From contig CAYXYW010000003.1 of NCBI GenBank assembly GCA_964469855.1, positions 1 to 36,984 on the forward strand: DNA of 36,984 nt, given 5' to 3'. A program made the translations under genes and the position numbers. How positions within the stretch are numbered: position 1 is the first letter of the stretch; each line of letters begins with the position of its first letter. Origin of the DNA: an uncultured Bifidobacterium sp. (GTDB lineage Bacteria; Actinomycetota; Actinomycetes; S36-B12; UBA5976). Below, piece by piece: positions 8,736-19,746 of this stretch. A model generated the notes under the pieces. That model was not told the origin of the DNA, made no database searches, and was given only the letters and a program-made list of their open reading frames with translations.

Positions 8736-10049
8736 ATGACTACAGGCATGCGGGTCACTGTTGTTGGCTGCGGCTATTTAGGCGCAGTGTTGGCAGCAGT
8801 TTTGGCTGAACAAGGAAATCAGGTAATTGGCCTTGATATTGACGATGCCAGAATTTCCCAACTAAATGCTGGTATTGTCCCATTTTATGAACCTGAATTT
8901 GAATCGGTGCTGCAAAATTCACTAGCAGCTGGAAATTTAACTTTCACAACTAATGCCGAAAGCATAGCAACAAGTGAAATTGTCTTTATCTGCGTTGGCA
9001 CACCACAGCAAAATGGTGGTGCTGCTGATTTATCGCAACTATGGGCTGCTGCTGATTCAATCGCACCACACTTAGCCGAAACTGCAGTAATTGTTGGCCG
9101 CTCTACAGTTCCCGTTGGCACAGCGAGCAAATTAGAGCAACGAATCAATCAAAAATCAGGCCGCACCTACCAACTTGCCTGGAATCCTGAATTTCTTCGG
9201 GAGGGTCATGCAGTTAGCGATACTCGCCTACCCGATCGAATCGTAATTGGCGCATCGTCAGTTAATGTGATTAATAAAATTAAAGAAATTTATCAACCGC
9301 AACTCGATAAGAAAGTTCCGTTCTTAGTAATGGATGTGCCGACTGCAGAATTAGTTAAAGTGTCGGCTAATGCTTTTCTCGCCACAAAAATTTCATTTAT
9401 TAATGCAATTTCGGAAGTTGCTGATATTGCTGGCGCCGACATAACTGCACTAGCTGAAGCTATCGGACTTGATCCTCGAATTGGAAATAAATTTCTTGCC
9501 GCTGGAGTCGGGTTTGGCGGCGGCTGTTTACCAAAAGATATTCGTGCCTTTATTGCCAGCAGCCAAGAGCTTGGTGCTGGCGAGGCGATGCAATTTCTAG
9601 TTGAAGTAGATCGGATAAATCAACGACAGCGAGCACGAGTTGTTGCACTAGCAAAGCAAGCATTAGGTGATTTAACTGACAAGAAAGTGGTGGTGTTAGG
9701 CGCTGCGTTTAAACCAAACAGCGATGATGTCAGAGACTCCCCTGCGCTGGATGTGGCATACGCAATTCATCAGTTGGGTGCCCAGGTTTTTGTCCACGAC
9801 CCAAAGGCCATTGATAATGCCAAGGTCCGCTATCCAGAATTGAATTATGAGCGTGACCTCACCGAGATCTTTAAGAATTCTGACCTAGTATTACACCTAA
9901 CCGAATGGGAGCAATACCGAGAGTTAGACCCGACCAAATTGCTCAGCCAGGTTACAAATGCAGTAATAATTGATGGTAGAAACGTATTGGACTTTAACAA
10001 GTGGCAATCTGCTGGCTGGCAGATTACCGGAATGGGTAAACGAGCTTAA
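8736..10049 (+). CDS. ugd: UDP-glucose 6-dehydrogenase
   Basis: 437 aa. The N-terminal Rossmann motif is VVGCGYLGAVLAAVLA. The catalytic-Cys motif GFGGGCLPKDIRAF is typical of Ugd. Confidence 0.9.
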   Translation: MTTGMRVTVVGCGYLGAVLAAVLAEQGNQVIGLDIDDARISQLNAGIVPFYEPEFESVLQNSLAAGNLTFTTNAESIATSEIVFICVGTPQQNGGAADLSQLWAAADSIAPHLAETAVIVGRSTVPVGTASKLEQRINQKSGRTYQLAWNPEFLREGHAVSDTRLPDRIVIGASSVNVINKIKEIYQPQLDKKVPFLVMDVPTAELVKVSANAFLATKISFINAISEVADIAGADITALAEAIGLDPRIGNKFLAAGVGFGGGCLPKDIRAFIASSQELGAGEAMQFLVEVDRINQRQRARVVALAKQALGDLTDKKVVVLGAAFKPNSDDVRDSPALDVAYAIHQLGAQVFVHDPKAIDNAKVRYPELNYERDLTEIFKNSDLVLHLTEWEQYRELDPTKLLSQVTNAVIIDGRNVLDFNKWQSAGWQITGMGKRA

Positions 10050-10966
10050 TGACTAAGTTATCGGTTAGCACTGATGAAGTGCTTGATGCACTTGAAGCTG
10101 AAGCAATTGGAATTCTCCGCGAAACCGCAGGTGCGTTTAAGAATCCAGTTCTAATGTATTCAATTGGTAAAGATTCCAGTGTGTTGCTGGAGTTAGCTCG
10201 TAAGGCTTTTGCGCCAGCGCCAATTCCATTCACTTTCTTGCACATCGATACCACTTTTAAATTCCGAGACATGATCGAATTTCGAGATCGCAAAGCAAAA
10301 GAGTTCGGTCTAAATCTCATAGTTCACACCAATCCTGAGGGCGCTAACGGCGAAGTTACAGCGTGGACTCATGGCGCACAGGAATACACCAGAATCATGA
10401 AAACTGTTGCACTCCGCCAGGCCTTAGATGCTGGCGGTTACGACGCTGCTATTGGCGGTGCGCGCCGAGATGAAGAGCGCTCCCGATCGAAAGAGCGGGT
10501 ATTTAGTTTGCGTGAAGCTGGGCATCGATGGGAGCCAAGAAATCAGCGACCAGAGATGTGGCGAACTCGCAATACTTCACTTAGCGAAGGTCAAACCATG
10601 CGAGTCTTCCCGCTAAGTAACTGGACTGAAATTGACGTTTGGCGATATGTTCGACGAGAAAATATTGAGATTGTTCCACTTTATTACGCCGCACCACGAC
10701 GCAGCATTATCCGTGATGGCCAAATTTTGGTGCTAGATGATGATCGAATGCCGCTGCTCGATGGTGAAGTTCCACAAGACCGAGTAGTCCGATTCCGGTC
10801 ACTTGGATGCTATCCAGTTTCAGCAGCGATTGAGTCAACGGCAACCACAATTGATGAATTAGTTGCTGAGATGGAAGCGACCAGAGTAAGTGAGCGAGCT
10901 GGCCGGTTAATTGATGGTGATCGCGAAGCATCAATGGAAGCCAAAAAAGCTGAGGGGTACTTCTAA
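10049..10966 (+). CDS. cysD: Sulfate adenylyltransferase subunit 2
   Basis: 305 aa of the PAPS-reductase-fold family. Motifs include VLMYSIGKDSSVLL and HIDTTFKFRDMIEFRD, with the C terminus EAKKAEGYF. The start overlaps the ugd stop (TAATG). Confidence 0.93.
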   Translation: MTKLSVSTDEVLDALEAEAIGILRETAGAFKNPVLMYSIGKDSSVLLELARKAFAPAPIPFTFLHIDTTFKFRDMIEFRDRKAKEFGLNLIVHTNPEGANGEVTAWTHGAQEYTRIMKTVALRQALDAGGYDAAIGGARRDEERSRSKERVFSLREAGHRWEPRNQRPEMWRTRNTSLSEGQTMRVFPLSNWTEIDVWRYVRRENIEIVPLYYAAPRRSIIRDGQILVLDDDRMPLLDGEVPQDRVVRFRSLGCYPVSAAIESTATTIDELVAEMEATRVSERAGRLIDGDREASMEAKKAEGYF

Positions 10967-12804
10967 TGTCAAGAGCAGTAGCCCCATTACTTCGTGTCGT
11001 AACTTGTGGTTCAGTAGACGATGGCAAAAGCACTTTAATTGGTCGCTTGCTTGTTGAGACTGAGTCGGTGCCGCTAGATGAAGTTGAGCGCGCCCGTACA
11101 TATCGCCGTGCTGGCTCAATAATTCCAGTAGGTGAAGTTGATTACTCGCTTCTTACCGATGGTCTTGAAGCAGAACGCGAACAAGGCATCACTATTGATG
11201 TTGCTTACCGTCATCTATTGCTGCCATCCGGTCGTCGCGTTGTGCTAGCAGATGGTCCAGGTCATGAGCAATACACCAGAAATATGGCGGTTGCAGCATC
11301 AGATGCCGATGTTGCGTTATTGCTTGTTGATGCCACCAAGGGAGTGCGCGATCAAACAATGCGCCACCTCACCGTTTGTGCATTAATGAAGGTAGGCACT
11401 GTTGTTGCAGTTATTAACAAACTTGATGCGAAGGATTTTTCTGAACAGCTAGTTACAGAAATTTCAGCGAAGTTGACCGAAGCCGCTGATCGGCTAGGCA
11501 TAAAAAGCTTGGTGATAATTCCAGTTAGTGCATTACTTGGTGATAACGTAATTGAGCGAAGCAATAACACACCATGGTATGACGGACCAACTGTGCTTGG
11601 TGCGCTACAGCAATGGATGCCTGGCACCTCACTAAACAATGCGTCACTTCGCATTCCAGTCCAGACCATTTTGCGTGCAGATGATTGGCGTGGTTATGGC
11701 GGCACTGTGGTTAGTGGAAGTTTGAAACTTGGTGACTCGTTTGTTGTGGCACAAAGTGGTAAGACCGCCAAGATCGCCCAACTTTATGTAAACGGAAAAC
11801 CAGCAGAAGTGGCATTAGCAACTGACGCAGTTGCAATTAAACCTGATGTGGAAATTGATATTTCTCGCGGCGATGTGCTTTGTGCGGAGAATGAACAACT
11901 ACAACCGGCAGATCGATTTTCAGCCGATTTAGTCTGGATTGGCGAAGAGCCATTAGCTCACGGTCGCTCCTATGCCTTAATCAGCGGCCCAACTTCAGTG
12001 AACGCAACTGTTACCACTATTCGACACAAATTAGATGTCAATACTGGCCATGAAGATGCGGCTCGCGTTTTAAACTTAAATGAGATTGGTCGCGTCACAA
12101 TCGCCACCGAGAAACCAATTCCGCTTGATCTTTACAGTGATGTGCGAGATACCGGCGGTTTCTTATTGGTTGATCGAGTAACTAAACACACTGTTGCTGC
12201 TGGCATGGTGCACCACGTGCTACGCCGTTCATTCAATGTCGTGCCGCATGAATTTGAGATAAATAAAGAAGCTCGTAGCAGACTTAAAGCACAAACGCCA
12301 AAAGTGATCTGGCTAACCGGCTTACCAGGTTCTGGAAAATCAACATTGGCAAATGAAGTTGAGCGCCGTTTATATGCCGCTGGCGTTCACACTTATCTGC
12401 TTGATGGCGATAACGTCCGAACTGGATTAAATAAAGATCTAGGCTTCACTGCAACTGATCGGGCAGAAAACGTAAGACGAGTTGGTGAAGTTGCCAAATT
12501 GATGGTTGATGCTGGCTTAGTGGTGTTAGTTTCACTCGTCTCGCCATTTAGAAGTGACCGAGATGCGGTCAAGGAGTTATTCCCTGCCGGTGAATTTGTT
12601 GAAGTATTTGTTGACACTCCAGTTGAGATCTGCGCGCAACGTGATCCAAAGGGTCTCTATGCCAAAGCGCAAGCAGGCGATCTGCCTAACATGACTGGTA
12701 TGGGACAAAACTATGAACCGCCGCTGCATGCAGATTTAGTTGTTGATGGCACAGCAGATTTAGCACAAAGCGCAGCGCTGGTAATTTCAAAAATTATGAA
12801 TTAA
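10966..12804 (+). CDS. cysNC: Bifunctional sulfate adenylyltransferase subunit 1 (GTPase) / adenylylsulfate (APS) kinase
   Basis: The N-terminal half has GTPase motifs [18 protein letters not shown] and NKLD. The C-terminal ~180 aa form an APS kinase with P-loop [11 protein letters not shown] and LDGDNVR. The start overlaps the cysD stop (TAATG). Confidence 0.93.
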   Translation: MSRAVAPLLRVVTCGSVDDGKSTLIGRLLVETESVPLDEVERARTYRRAGSIIPVGEVDYSLLTDGLEAEREQGITIDVAYRHLLLPSGRRVVLADGPGHEQYTRNMAVAASDADVALLLVDATKGVRDQTMRHLTVCALMKVGTVVAVINKLDAKDFSEQLVTEISAKLTEAADRLGIKSLVIIPVSALLGDNVIERSNNTPWYDGPTVLGALQQWMPGTSLNNASLRIPVQTILRADDWRGYGGTVVSGSLKLGDSFVVAQSGKTAKIAQLYVNGKPAEVALATDAVAIKPDVEIDISRGDVLCAENEQLQPADRFSADLVWIGEEPLAHGRSYALISGPTSVNATVTTIRHKLDVNTGHEDAARVLNLNEIGRVTIATEKPIPLDLYSDVRDTGGFLLVDRVTKHTVAAGMVHHVLRRSFNVVPHEFEINKEARSRLKAQTPKVIWLTGLPGSGKSTLANEVERRLYAAGVHTYLLDGDNVRTGLNKDLGFTATDRAENVRRVGEVAKLMVDAGLVVLVSLVSPFRSDRDAVKELFPAGEFVEVFVDTPVEICAQRDPKGLYAKAQAGDLPNMTGMGQNYEPPLHADLVVDGTADLAQSAALVISKIMN

Positions 12805-13306
12805 GTTGCTGCTTAAGTTTTTGCTGTAATTCATCATTTTTGGTAACAACCAAATCAGCAAGTTCTGCCCGATAGCTGTCGAGCTTTGCTTGTAATTGAG
12901 AATCTGTCGCTGCCAAAATCCGAAGTGCTAACAATCCAGCATTTTTAGCCCCATTTATCGCAACTGTGGCAACCGGAACTCCAGCTGGCATCTGCACCAC
13001 ACTCAACAATGAGTCCAATCCATCTAACTGAGATAGCGCAACTGGAACACCAATGACTGGCAAACTGGTAGCTGAGGCAATCATTCCAGGCAGATGTGCT
13101 GCCCCACCGGCACCCGCAATAATTACTTGAATACCTGAATCGGCTGCGTTAGCAGCAAATTCCAACATTTGGGTTGGAGTTCGATGCGCGGAGATGACCG
13201 CAACTTCAGCAGCTACACCAAATTCTTGCAGCGTAATAACTGCAGGCTCCATGGTGAGCCAGTCCGAGTCTGACCCCATTACAACAGCGACTTTAGCTGT
13301 GGTCAT
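12794..13306 (-). CDS. purE: N5-carboxyaminoimidazole ribonucleotide mutase
   Basis: 170 aa with motifs [11 protein letters not shown] and [13 protein letters not shown]. Confidence 0.93.
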   Translation of the reverse strand: MTTAKVAVVMGSDSDWLTMEPAVITLQEFGVAAEVAVISAHRTPTQMLEFAANAADSGIQVIIAGAGGAAHLPGMIASATSLPVIGVPVALSQLDGLDSLLSVVQMPAGVPVATVAINGAKNAGLLALRILAATDSQLQAKLDSYRAELADLVVTKNDELQQKLKQQLNS

Positions 13307-13323
13307 TTACTTTCCGTTCCGTA

Positions 13324-14475
13324 CTATTCATCAATCTTACCCGCCAAGAAATCAGTGGCATGGGCGATGCGGTCACGAAGGTCAGCTAAGTCAGCACCAA
13401 CTAAATTGATATGACCTACTTTTCGATTTGGCTTGACCTGTTTGCCATATAAATGCACTTTTAGTTCCGGGTCCCGCGCTAAGCAATGCAATAAGCCACG
13501 GTGTAAATCAGGATGGCTGCCACCCAAGATATTTCCCATTACAACAGCAGGTGCTGTCATCGTTGGTGAACCAAGTGGTAAATCCAGCACGGCACGAAGA
13601 TGGTTTTCAAATTGTGAAGTTACCGCACCATCTTGTGTCCAATGTCCCGAGTTATGTGGGCGCATGGCCAGTTCATTCACTAATAACGCACCAGATCCAG
13701 TATCAAACAATTCAACTGCAAGCACACCAATCACATCGAGTTCGGCAGCTATTTGTAGTGCTAACTGCTGAGCTTGAGCTGCTCGATCTGTTGGCAGATT
13801 TGGCGCTGGCGCTAATACCTGAGTACAGATGCCATCTTGTTGCACTGTCTCCACAATTGGATAAACGACTGCTTGATTATGCGGCGATCTAACAACTAAT
13901 GCAGATAACTCCCGTTTAAATTGAACTTTCTCTTCTAATAGCACTGGATACGTCAGGTCACTAAATTCACTTGCATCATGAATTACCCATACTCCCCTGC
14001 CGTCATAACCGCCACGAGGAGATTTTGCAATTAACGGGAAACTAACTGATGCAGCAAATTCCGCAGCAGCTGCTGAATTAGCAACTAATGACCATTTTGG
14101 CATTGGTGCTGATATTTGGGAAAGCCGCGCGCGCATTGCTGATTTATCTGCAGCATATTCCATCGCGGAGCTGGTTGGAAAAACTGTTATTCCGTTAGCG
14201 GTTAAATGAGCCAATGTTTCTACTGGCACTAATTCATGATCAAGAGTGATTACATCAACAGTTTGAGCAAACTTAAACACCGCTGCCAAATCTGTTAACT
14301 CACCAACTGTGGTGTCAGCAACAACTAGTGCCGCACTATCGGAGCTTGATTGAGCAAATACTCGAAGCTGAATCCCAAGCGCACTAGCTGCCTCTGCCAT
14401 CATTCGAGCTAATTGGCCTGCGCCTAATACACCAACAACTAATGTGCCCTCGGGAAACTCAGTTCTTGGATGCAT
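13324..14475 (-). CDS. purK: N5-carboxyaminoimidazole ribonucleotide synthase
   Basis: 383-aa ATP-grasp protein with GVLGAGQLARMM at the N terminus. It lies directly upstream of purE on the same strand. Confidence 0.92.
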   Translation of the reverse strand: MHPRTEFPEGTLVVGVLGAGQLARMMAEAASALGIQLRVFAQSSSDSAALVVADTTVGELTDLAAVFKFAQTVDVITLDHELVPVETLAHLTANGITVFPTSSAMEYAADKSAMRARLSQISAPMPKWSLVANSAAAAEFAASVSFPLIAKSPRGGYDGRGVWVIHDASEFSDLTYPVLLEEKVQFKRELSALVVRSPHNQAVVYPIVETVQQDGICTQVLAPAPNLPTDRAAQAQQLALQIAAELDVIGVLAVELFDTGSGALLVNELAMRPHNSGHWTQDGAVTSQFENHLRAVLDLPLGSPTMTAPAVVMGNILGGSHPDLHRGLLHCLARDPELKVHLYGKQVKPNRKVGHINLVGADLADLRDRIAHATDFLAGKIDE

Positions 14476-15199
14476 TAGCTGTCCTTAAGTGAATTACATC
14501 GCCTGAGATAACCTCAACTAAACCATGGTTAGTTGTAACCACCAGCGCTCCTGTTTCGGTAATCCCTGTTGCATTTCCAGTTATCTGCTCACCTGTTGTT
14601 AGCTGAACTTCAACCTGCTGGCCAATCGTACTTATCGCCGGTGCAATTAACTGCTGCACCTGAGCATCAGTCATTTCACTGCAATCTTCAACTAATTGGT
14701 GCAGCTCAATTAGAAAATCGGCAAGGGCTGGAACATAATCAGTAATGCCCAATTGGGTCGCAGTTTGAATTTTAGGCGCTGCAAAAAAATTAATGCCAAT
14801 TCCGATCACCGCAAAATCTGCATACCGCTCCACCAAAATTCCAGCAAATTTTCCAGTACTAATTAATCCATCATTTGGCCATTTAAGTTGAATTGGTTCA
14901 GCCAGATACTTTTGTAATGAATTCTTCAGTGCGACAGCAGTTAACATACTTAACCAAGTTGGTGCAGGCTTAAATTTAGATAGCCCAATCGCAATTGAGA
15001 TTGGAATTGAGCCCATTGGGCTTTCCCAACTTCGGCCCTGACGGCCTCGCCCGCTTGATTGTTTCGAGGCAATTCGAATTGACCAGGCCACAGCTGTATT
15101 TTGAGCTAATTCAGTTAGTAATTGTGCGTTCGTGGATTCAACCTGCTCTAACCAGGCCAAATCGGTAACCAGCATTGGCTGGGACGCTAATAAACCCAT
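14459..15199 (-). CDS. birA: Biotin--[acetyl-CoA-carboxylase] ligase, group I (no N-terminal DNA-binding domain)
   Basis: Motifs are STNAQL and the biotin-binding loop [11 protein letters not shown]. No wHTH domain is present. The start is uncertain: I used ATG 15199, with GTG 15235 as an alternative. The ORF-track start 15316 would overlap the accD5 start and SD. Confidence 0.8.
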   Translation of the reverse strand: MGLLASQPMLVTDLAWLEQVESTNAQLLTELAQNTAVAWSIRIASKQSSGRGRQGRSWESPMGSIPISIAIGLSKFKPAPTWLSMLTAVALKNSLQKYLAEPIQLKWPNDGLISTGKFAGILVERYADFAVIGIGINFFAAPKIQTATQLGITDYVPALADFLIELHQLVEDCSEMTDAQVQQLIAPAISTIGQQVEVQLTTGEQITGNATGITETGALVVTTNHGLVEVISGDVIHLRTANASKN

Positions 15200-15272
15200 C
15201 AGTAGGGGGCGATGTGAACTAATTACCTCGGCCACGCGGCTAGGGTACGAGTTGGGTAGCCCAGGAGGACAG

Positions 15273-16856
15273 ATGAACACCGCTGATTCCCATAATCCCA
15301 GGTCCACAGCAGGCAAGCTGGAGGAGTTGGCGATCTTTCGTGATCATGCGCTGCATTCTGCAACAGCTGCAGCAATTGAGCGTCAGCACAAACGCGGTAA
15401 ACAAACTGCTCGGGAACGCATCGCGCAGTTGTTGGACGAGGGCTCATTTGTTGAGCTCGATGAATTAGTACGACACCGATCCAGCAACTTTGGGTTAGAC
15501 GAAGATCGGCCATTCGGCGATGGTGTAGTTACCGGCTACGGCACCATTGATGGCCGACCTGTTGCCATCTTCGCGCAAGACTTCACCATTTTTGGTGGTT
15601 CGCTTGGTGAAGTTATGGGCGAAAAAATTGTAAAAGTAATGGATTGGGCGATTAAAAATGGTTGCCCAATAATTGGAATTCAAGATAGTGGTGGTGCGCG
15701 AATTCAAGAAGGTGTGTCATCACTTGATCTTTATGGTGAGATTTTCTATCGAAACGTTTTAGCATCTGGTGTCATCCCGCAGATTTCATTGATTATGGGG
15801 CCATGTGCTGGTGGTGCTGTTTATTCCCCTGCGTTAACAGATTTCGTTGTGATGGTGAATGAAACATCCCACATGTTTATTACCGGTCCCGATGTAATTA
15901 AAACAGTAACTGGTGAAGATGTTGGCTTTGAAGAACTTGGCGGTGCAGTTGCGCACACCACAAAGTCTGGTGTGGCACATTACGCCGCAACTGATGAAGC
16001 AGATGCACTTAATTATGTAAAGGCGCTGCTCTCTTATCTGCCAAGTAATAATTTGGATCGAGCACCCGGTTATGACGCAACTGCAGATCTAGAAGCAACC
16101 GACTCTGACCTGGCACTAAACCAATTAATTCCTGATGAATCAAATCAGCCATATGACATGTTCAAGTTGATTGAAGCTCTATTAGATGATGGTGACTATT
16201 TAGAAATTCAACCTAATTTTGCCCCAAACATAATCACCTGTTTTGGTCGAGTAGAAGGTCAATCAGTTGGAATTGTGGCGAATCAACCAATGCAATTTGC
16301 TGGCACATTAGATATTAATGCTTCTGAAAAAGCTGCTCGATTCGTCCGCACCTGCGATGCCTTCAATATTCCAGTTATTAGCTTGGTTGATGTGCCGGGC
16401 TTCTTGCCTGGCACTAATCAGGAATGGGATGGCATCATCCGTCGCGGTGCGAAACTTATTTATGCCTACGCTGAAGCAACCGTGCCAAAAATTACTTTGA
16501 TCACCCGAAAAGCATATGGCGGTGCCTATGTTGTGATGGGCGCAAAGAGTCTGCGAGCTGACATTAACTTTGCTTGGCCTACTGGCCAAATTGCGGTGAT
16601 GGGGGCATCTGGTGCAGTGAGTATCATCCATCGCAAAGAGATTGCTGATGCTGAAGATAAAGAGGCAACTCGCGCTGAGTTGCTACGGGAATATGAAGAT
16701 ACGTTAGATAACCCATACGTTGCTGCTGAACGTGGCTATATTGATCGAATCATTTTGCCCAGTGAAACTCGAGCTGAAATTGTGAAAGCGTTGCGGGCAC
16801 TGAGAAACAAACGGGATCAAACACCTATCCGTAAGCACGGAAACATCCCGCTATGA
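15273..16856 (+). CDS. accD5: Acyl-CoA (propionyl/acetyl-CoA) carboxylase carboxyltransferase beta subunit
   Basis: ATG 15273 is preceded by AGGAGG at 15263-15268. The carboxyltransferase motifs are [22 protein letters not shown] and [13 protein letters not shown]. Confidence 0.92.
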   Translation: MNTADSHNPRSTAGKLEELAIFRDHALHSATAAAIERQHKRGKQTARERIAQLLDEGSFVELDELVRHRSSNFGLDEDRPFGDGVVTGYGTIDGRPVAIFAQDFTIFGGSLGEVMGEKIVKVMDWAIKNGCPIIGIQDSGGARIQEGVSSLDLYGEIFYRNVLASGVIPQISLIMGPCAGGAVYSPALTDFVVMVNETSHMFITGPDVIKTVTGEDVGFEELGGAVAHTTKSGVAHYAATDEADALNYVKALLSYLPSNNLDRAPGYDATADLEATDSDLALNQLIPDESNQPYDMFKLIEALLDDGDYLEIQPNFAPNIITCFGRVEGQSVGIVANQPMQFAGTLDINASEKAARFVRTCDAFNIPVISLVDVPGFLPGTNQEWDGIIRRGAKLIYAYAEATVPKITLITRKAYGGAYVVMGAKSLRADINFAWPTGQIAVMGASGAVSIIHRKEIADAEDKEATRAELLREYEDTLDNPYVAAERGYIDRIILPSETRAEIVKALRALRNKRDQTPIRKHGNIPL

Positions 16857-17047
16857 GTAAGTTGAATTTGAAAGTGATAAGTGGCAGCGCAACTGCCGAT
16901 GAGATTGCCGCGATCATGGCAGTAGTAACTGCGCTTTCAAATCAGCAACCAAGCGCAGCAGTTCAGAGGTCAAATTGGTCAAATCCTGCACTGCTGCATC
17001 GTCGCCCGCTGCCAGTTAACTGGACCACCAGTTATTTGCCGAGGTAA
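16853..17047 (+). CDS. accE5: Acyl-CoA carboxylase epsilon subunit
   Basis: 64-aa ORF coupled to the accD5 stop by an ATGA overlap. The sequence pattern (ISG..T.DEIAAI.AVV, then W...LL.RRPLP) is typical of actinobacterial AccE/PccE. Confidence 0.7.
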   Translation: MSKLNLKVISGSATADEIAAIMAVVTALSNQQPSAAVQRSNWSNPALLHRRPLPVNWTTSYLPR

Positions 17048-17049
17048 TC

Positions 17050-17661
17050 ATGAAATTGATTTTGGCTTCATCTTCTCCTGCCCGCGCCATGTTGATGCGC
17101 AATGCTGGATTAAGTTTTGAAGTCATTGTTTCGCATGTTGATGAAGAAGCCCTGCAAGCAGCAAATTCTGAATTGCTACCGGCTGATTTAGTAGTTAAGT
17201 TAGCTGAGGCAAAAGCGCAAGCAGTTGCATCCCAGGTTTCAGATGCCTTGGTAATTGCTGCAGATTCCATGTTTTTGTTTGACGGTTCGCTCTATGGCAA
17301 ACCACTTGATCCAGAAATTGCTCGAGATCGGCTGCGCCGAATGCAAGGTAAATTTGGCGAGTTAATTACTGGCCATGCTGTGATTGATACCAATACTGGA
17401 ATTTGTGAGACTGCCGTGGCATCTGCCGTAGTTCAGTTTGGTGAGATGACTGAAACTGAGATTTCAGATTACTTAGCTTCAACTGAGCCACTACATGTTG
17501 CTGGGAACTTTACGCTTGATGGTTTGGGGGCAGCATTTATTCAGCAAGTAAGTGGTGATCCAGCAGCAGTTGTGGGGTTATCCCTTTACACCGTGCGAAA
17601 TCTGATTAAGCGTCACGGTTATCAGTACACCCAGCTGTGGCAACTGGGCAGTAACAACTAG
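17050..17661 (+). CDS. maf: Maf-like nucleoside triphosphate pyrophosphatase
   Basis: 203 aa with an ILASSSPAR N-terminal motif and an ADS..L.DG...GKP core. Its position between accE5 and accA3 matches other Actinobacteria. Confidence 0.88.
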   Translation: MKLILASSSPARAMLMRNAGLSFEVIVSHVDEEALQAANSELLPADLVVKLAEAKAQAVASQVSDALVIAADSMFLFDGSLYGKPLDPEIARDRLRRMQGKFGELITGHAVIDTNTGICETAVASAVVQFGEMTETEISDYLASTEPLHVAGNFTLDGLGAAFIQQVSGDPAAVVGLSLYTVRNLIKRHGYQYTQLWQLGSNN

Positions 17662-17690
17662 GGTTTTAATCTTTCACTGGAAAGGCAGTT

Positions 17691-19445
17691 ATGGCATCGC
17701 AGATCAAGAAATTGCTTATCGCTAATCGTGGCGAAATTGCAGTTCGCGTGATTCGTGCTTGCCGAGATGAGCAGATCAAAACTGTTGCCGTTTATTCCGA
17801 AGGCGATCGCAACAGCATGCATGTTGGGTTAGCTGATGAGGCATATTCGCTTGGTGGCAAATCTGCCAAAGACACTTACCTAGACATCGCCAAAATTATT
17901 GCGGTAGCAAAAACCAGTGGTGCTGATGCCATTCATCCTGGCTACGGCTTCCTATCGGAGAACGCTGAGTTTGCTCAAGCCGTAATAGATGCGGGCATTG
18001 TTTGGGTAGGACCACCACCAGCAGCAATCACTGCGTTAGGCGACAAGGTGCAGGCAAGGCATATTGCCCAAAAAGTTGGTGCACCGTTAGTGCCAGGAAC
18101 TAAAGATCCAGTTGCTGATGCCAATGAAGTGGTGGCGTTTGCTAAAGCACATGGCTTGCCAATTGCAATTAAAGCGGCGTTTGGTGGCGGTGGTCGCGGC
18201 ATGAAAGTTGCACGAACCATTGAAGAGATTCCCGAGCTGTTTGAGTCGGCAGTTCGAGAGGCGATAGCAGCATTTGGTCGCGGAGAATGTTTTGTGGAGC
18301 GTTATTTAGATAATCCCCGCCATGTGGAAACTCAGGTGCTGGCCGATAACTATGGCAATGTTGTGGTGATTTCAACTCGTGATTGCTCACTGCAACGGCG
18401 ACATCAAAAACTTGTGGAAGAAGCACCAGCACCGTTCTTAACTGATGAGCAGGTTGCCAGGTTGTATCAATCCAGCAAGGACATTATGAAAGAAGCCGGT
18501 TACCAAAATGCTGGAACCTGCGAATTTTTAATTGGTCAAGATGGCACAATTTCATTTTTGGAAGTAAACACTCGGTTGCAAGTAGAGCATCCAGTTTCTG
18601 AAGAAGTTACTGGAATTGATTTGGTGCGAGAACAACTTCGAATCGCCCGTGGTGAAAAAATTGAATACAGCGACCCGGTAACTCGCGGTCATAGCATTGA
18701 ATTTCGAATTAACGGTGAAGATCCAGGTCGGGGCTTTCTGCCAGCTCCAGGCAAGTTAACTAAGTGGCAGATCCCAGATGGCCCAGGTGTTCGAATGGAT
18801 ACCGGATACCGTGAAGGTGACAGCGTAAGCGGTGATTTTGATTCACTGCTGGGCAAATTAATTATCACCGGTGCTACCAGAGCGCAAGCACTGCAACGAG
18901 CACGACGAGCACTAACTGAGATGCAAGTCGCTGGTATTCCAACCGCACTCACTTTTCACCAAGTGGTGGTAAATGAGCCAGACTTCATTGGCGAGCAAGG
19001 TTTTAACGTGCACACGCGTTGGATTGAAACTGACTTTAATAATGAGATCGCACCGCAAGGATCAACCACATCAGATGACGATGAGTTGGTAATGGATCAA
19101 CCAATTGTGGTTGAAGTTAACGGGAAGCGAATTGAAGTTGCGCTGCCACAGAACCTCGCCATTGGTAGCAAGAAAGCAACTGCGAAAAAACCAGTTCGAC
19201 AAAAAACCAGTGCCGCACCAGCAGCGTCTGGAAATGCAATTGTGGCGCCAATGCAGGGAACTATTGTCAAGATTGCTGTGGCTGCAGGAGCTGTTGTTGC
19301 TGCCGGCGATCTAATTATGGTTATTGAAGCGATGAAAATGGAGCAGCCATTAACCGCTCACAAATCAGGCACCATCAGCAGTATCTCGGCTGAAATTGGC
19401 ATAACCGTGCAGTCTGGCACGGTGTTATGTGAGATTACGGATTAG
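17691..19445 (+). CDS. accA3: Acetyl/propionyl-CoA carboxylase alpha subunit (biotin carboxylase + BCCP domain)
   Basis: 584 aa. The biotin carboxylase N terminus is [16 protein letters not shown]. An ATP-grasp region follows. The C-terminal biotinyl domain carries the EAMKME attachment motif. Confidence 0.93.
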   Translation: MASQIKKLLIANRGEIAVRVIRACRDEQIKTVAVYSEGDRNSMHVGLADEAYSLGGKSAKDTYLDIAKIIAVAKTSGADAIHPGYGFLSENAEFAQAVIDAGIVWVGPPPAAITALGDKVQARHIAQKVGAPLVPGTKDPVADANEVVAFAKAHGLPIAIKAAFGGGGRGMKVARTIEEIPELFESAVREAIAAFGRGECFVERYLDNPRHVETQVLADNYGNVVVISTRDCSLQRRHQKLVEEAPAPFLTDEQVARLYQSSKDIMKEAGYQNAGTCEFLIGQDGTISFLEVNTRLQVEHPVSEEVTGIDLVREQLRIARGEKIEYSDPVTRGHSIEFRINGEDPGRGFLPAPGKLTKWQIPDGPGVRMDTGYREGDSVSGDFDSLLGKLIITGATRAQALQRARRALTEMQVAGIPTALTFHQVVVNEPDFIGEQGFNVHTRWIETDFNNEIAPQGSTTSDDDELVMDQPIVVEVNGKRIEVALPQNLAIGSKKATAKKPVRQKTSAAPAASGNAIVAPMQGTIVKIAVAAGAVVAAGDLIMVIEAMKMEQPLTAHKSGTISSISAEIGITVQSGTVLCEITD

Positions 19446-19746
19446 TTCGTTGCATCATCCGGCCAACGATATTTATGCCGGCAAAAGCAACTACGAATTT
19501 AATAACTGATAGCGAATCATCAGCAAACCCATTCACAACTGCTGGTATGGACAAAATTGCAGCAAACAACAAGGCATTTCTTACGCTTGCTGCCATCGCG
19601 CCCCAAAGCAGACCAAATACGCTGGCAATCATCAATAGATATGCGTATTCAACGCCAGTCTCTTCAGCATTATTTTGCGTATCAAGCCAGGCAATGAATA
19701 CTGAAAATACCACCATTGCCGCTACCAAAATTGTGTTGCGCTTCAT
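19435..19746 (-). CDS. Small integral membrane protein, unknown function (about 3 TM helices)
   Basis: 103-aa hydrophobic ORF. Its ATG overlaps the stop of the upstream lpdA-like gene (ATGA on the minus strand). The competing + strand ORF at 19475-19768 looks like antisense noise. Confidence 0.55.
   Translation of the reverse strand: MKRNTILVAAMVVFSVFIAWLDTQNNAEETGVEYAYLLMIASVFGLLWGAMAASVRNALLFAAILSIPAVVNGFADDSLSVIKFVVAFAGINIVGRMMQRTNP

Noticed and set aside
46-12804. Calling the glycan/sulfation locus a horizontally acquired genomic island.
   Set aside because: There is no flanking tRNA, integrase or direct repeat, and I could not establish an obvious compositional break by eye. Variability has to be tested by comparative genomics, so no island claim is made.
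10049-12804. Treating cysD-cysNC as evidence of complete assimilatory sulfate reduction.
   Set aside because: No cysH, sulfite reductase or sulfate transporter lies in the window, so only sulfate activation to APS and PAPS can be asserted. Whether it also feeds assimilation cannot be decided from this sequence.
15132-15272. Long 5' extensions of ORF-track genes. They affect accD5 (from 15132), birA (to 15316), wzt (from 4632), GT2 (to 7622), add (to 28995), the ABC ATPase (to 36505) and the dehydrogenase (from 2643).
   Set aside because: In each case an internal start with a good SD matches the conserved N terminus of the family. The extension would overlap a neighbouring gene, an SD or a terminator hairpin.
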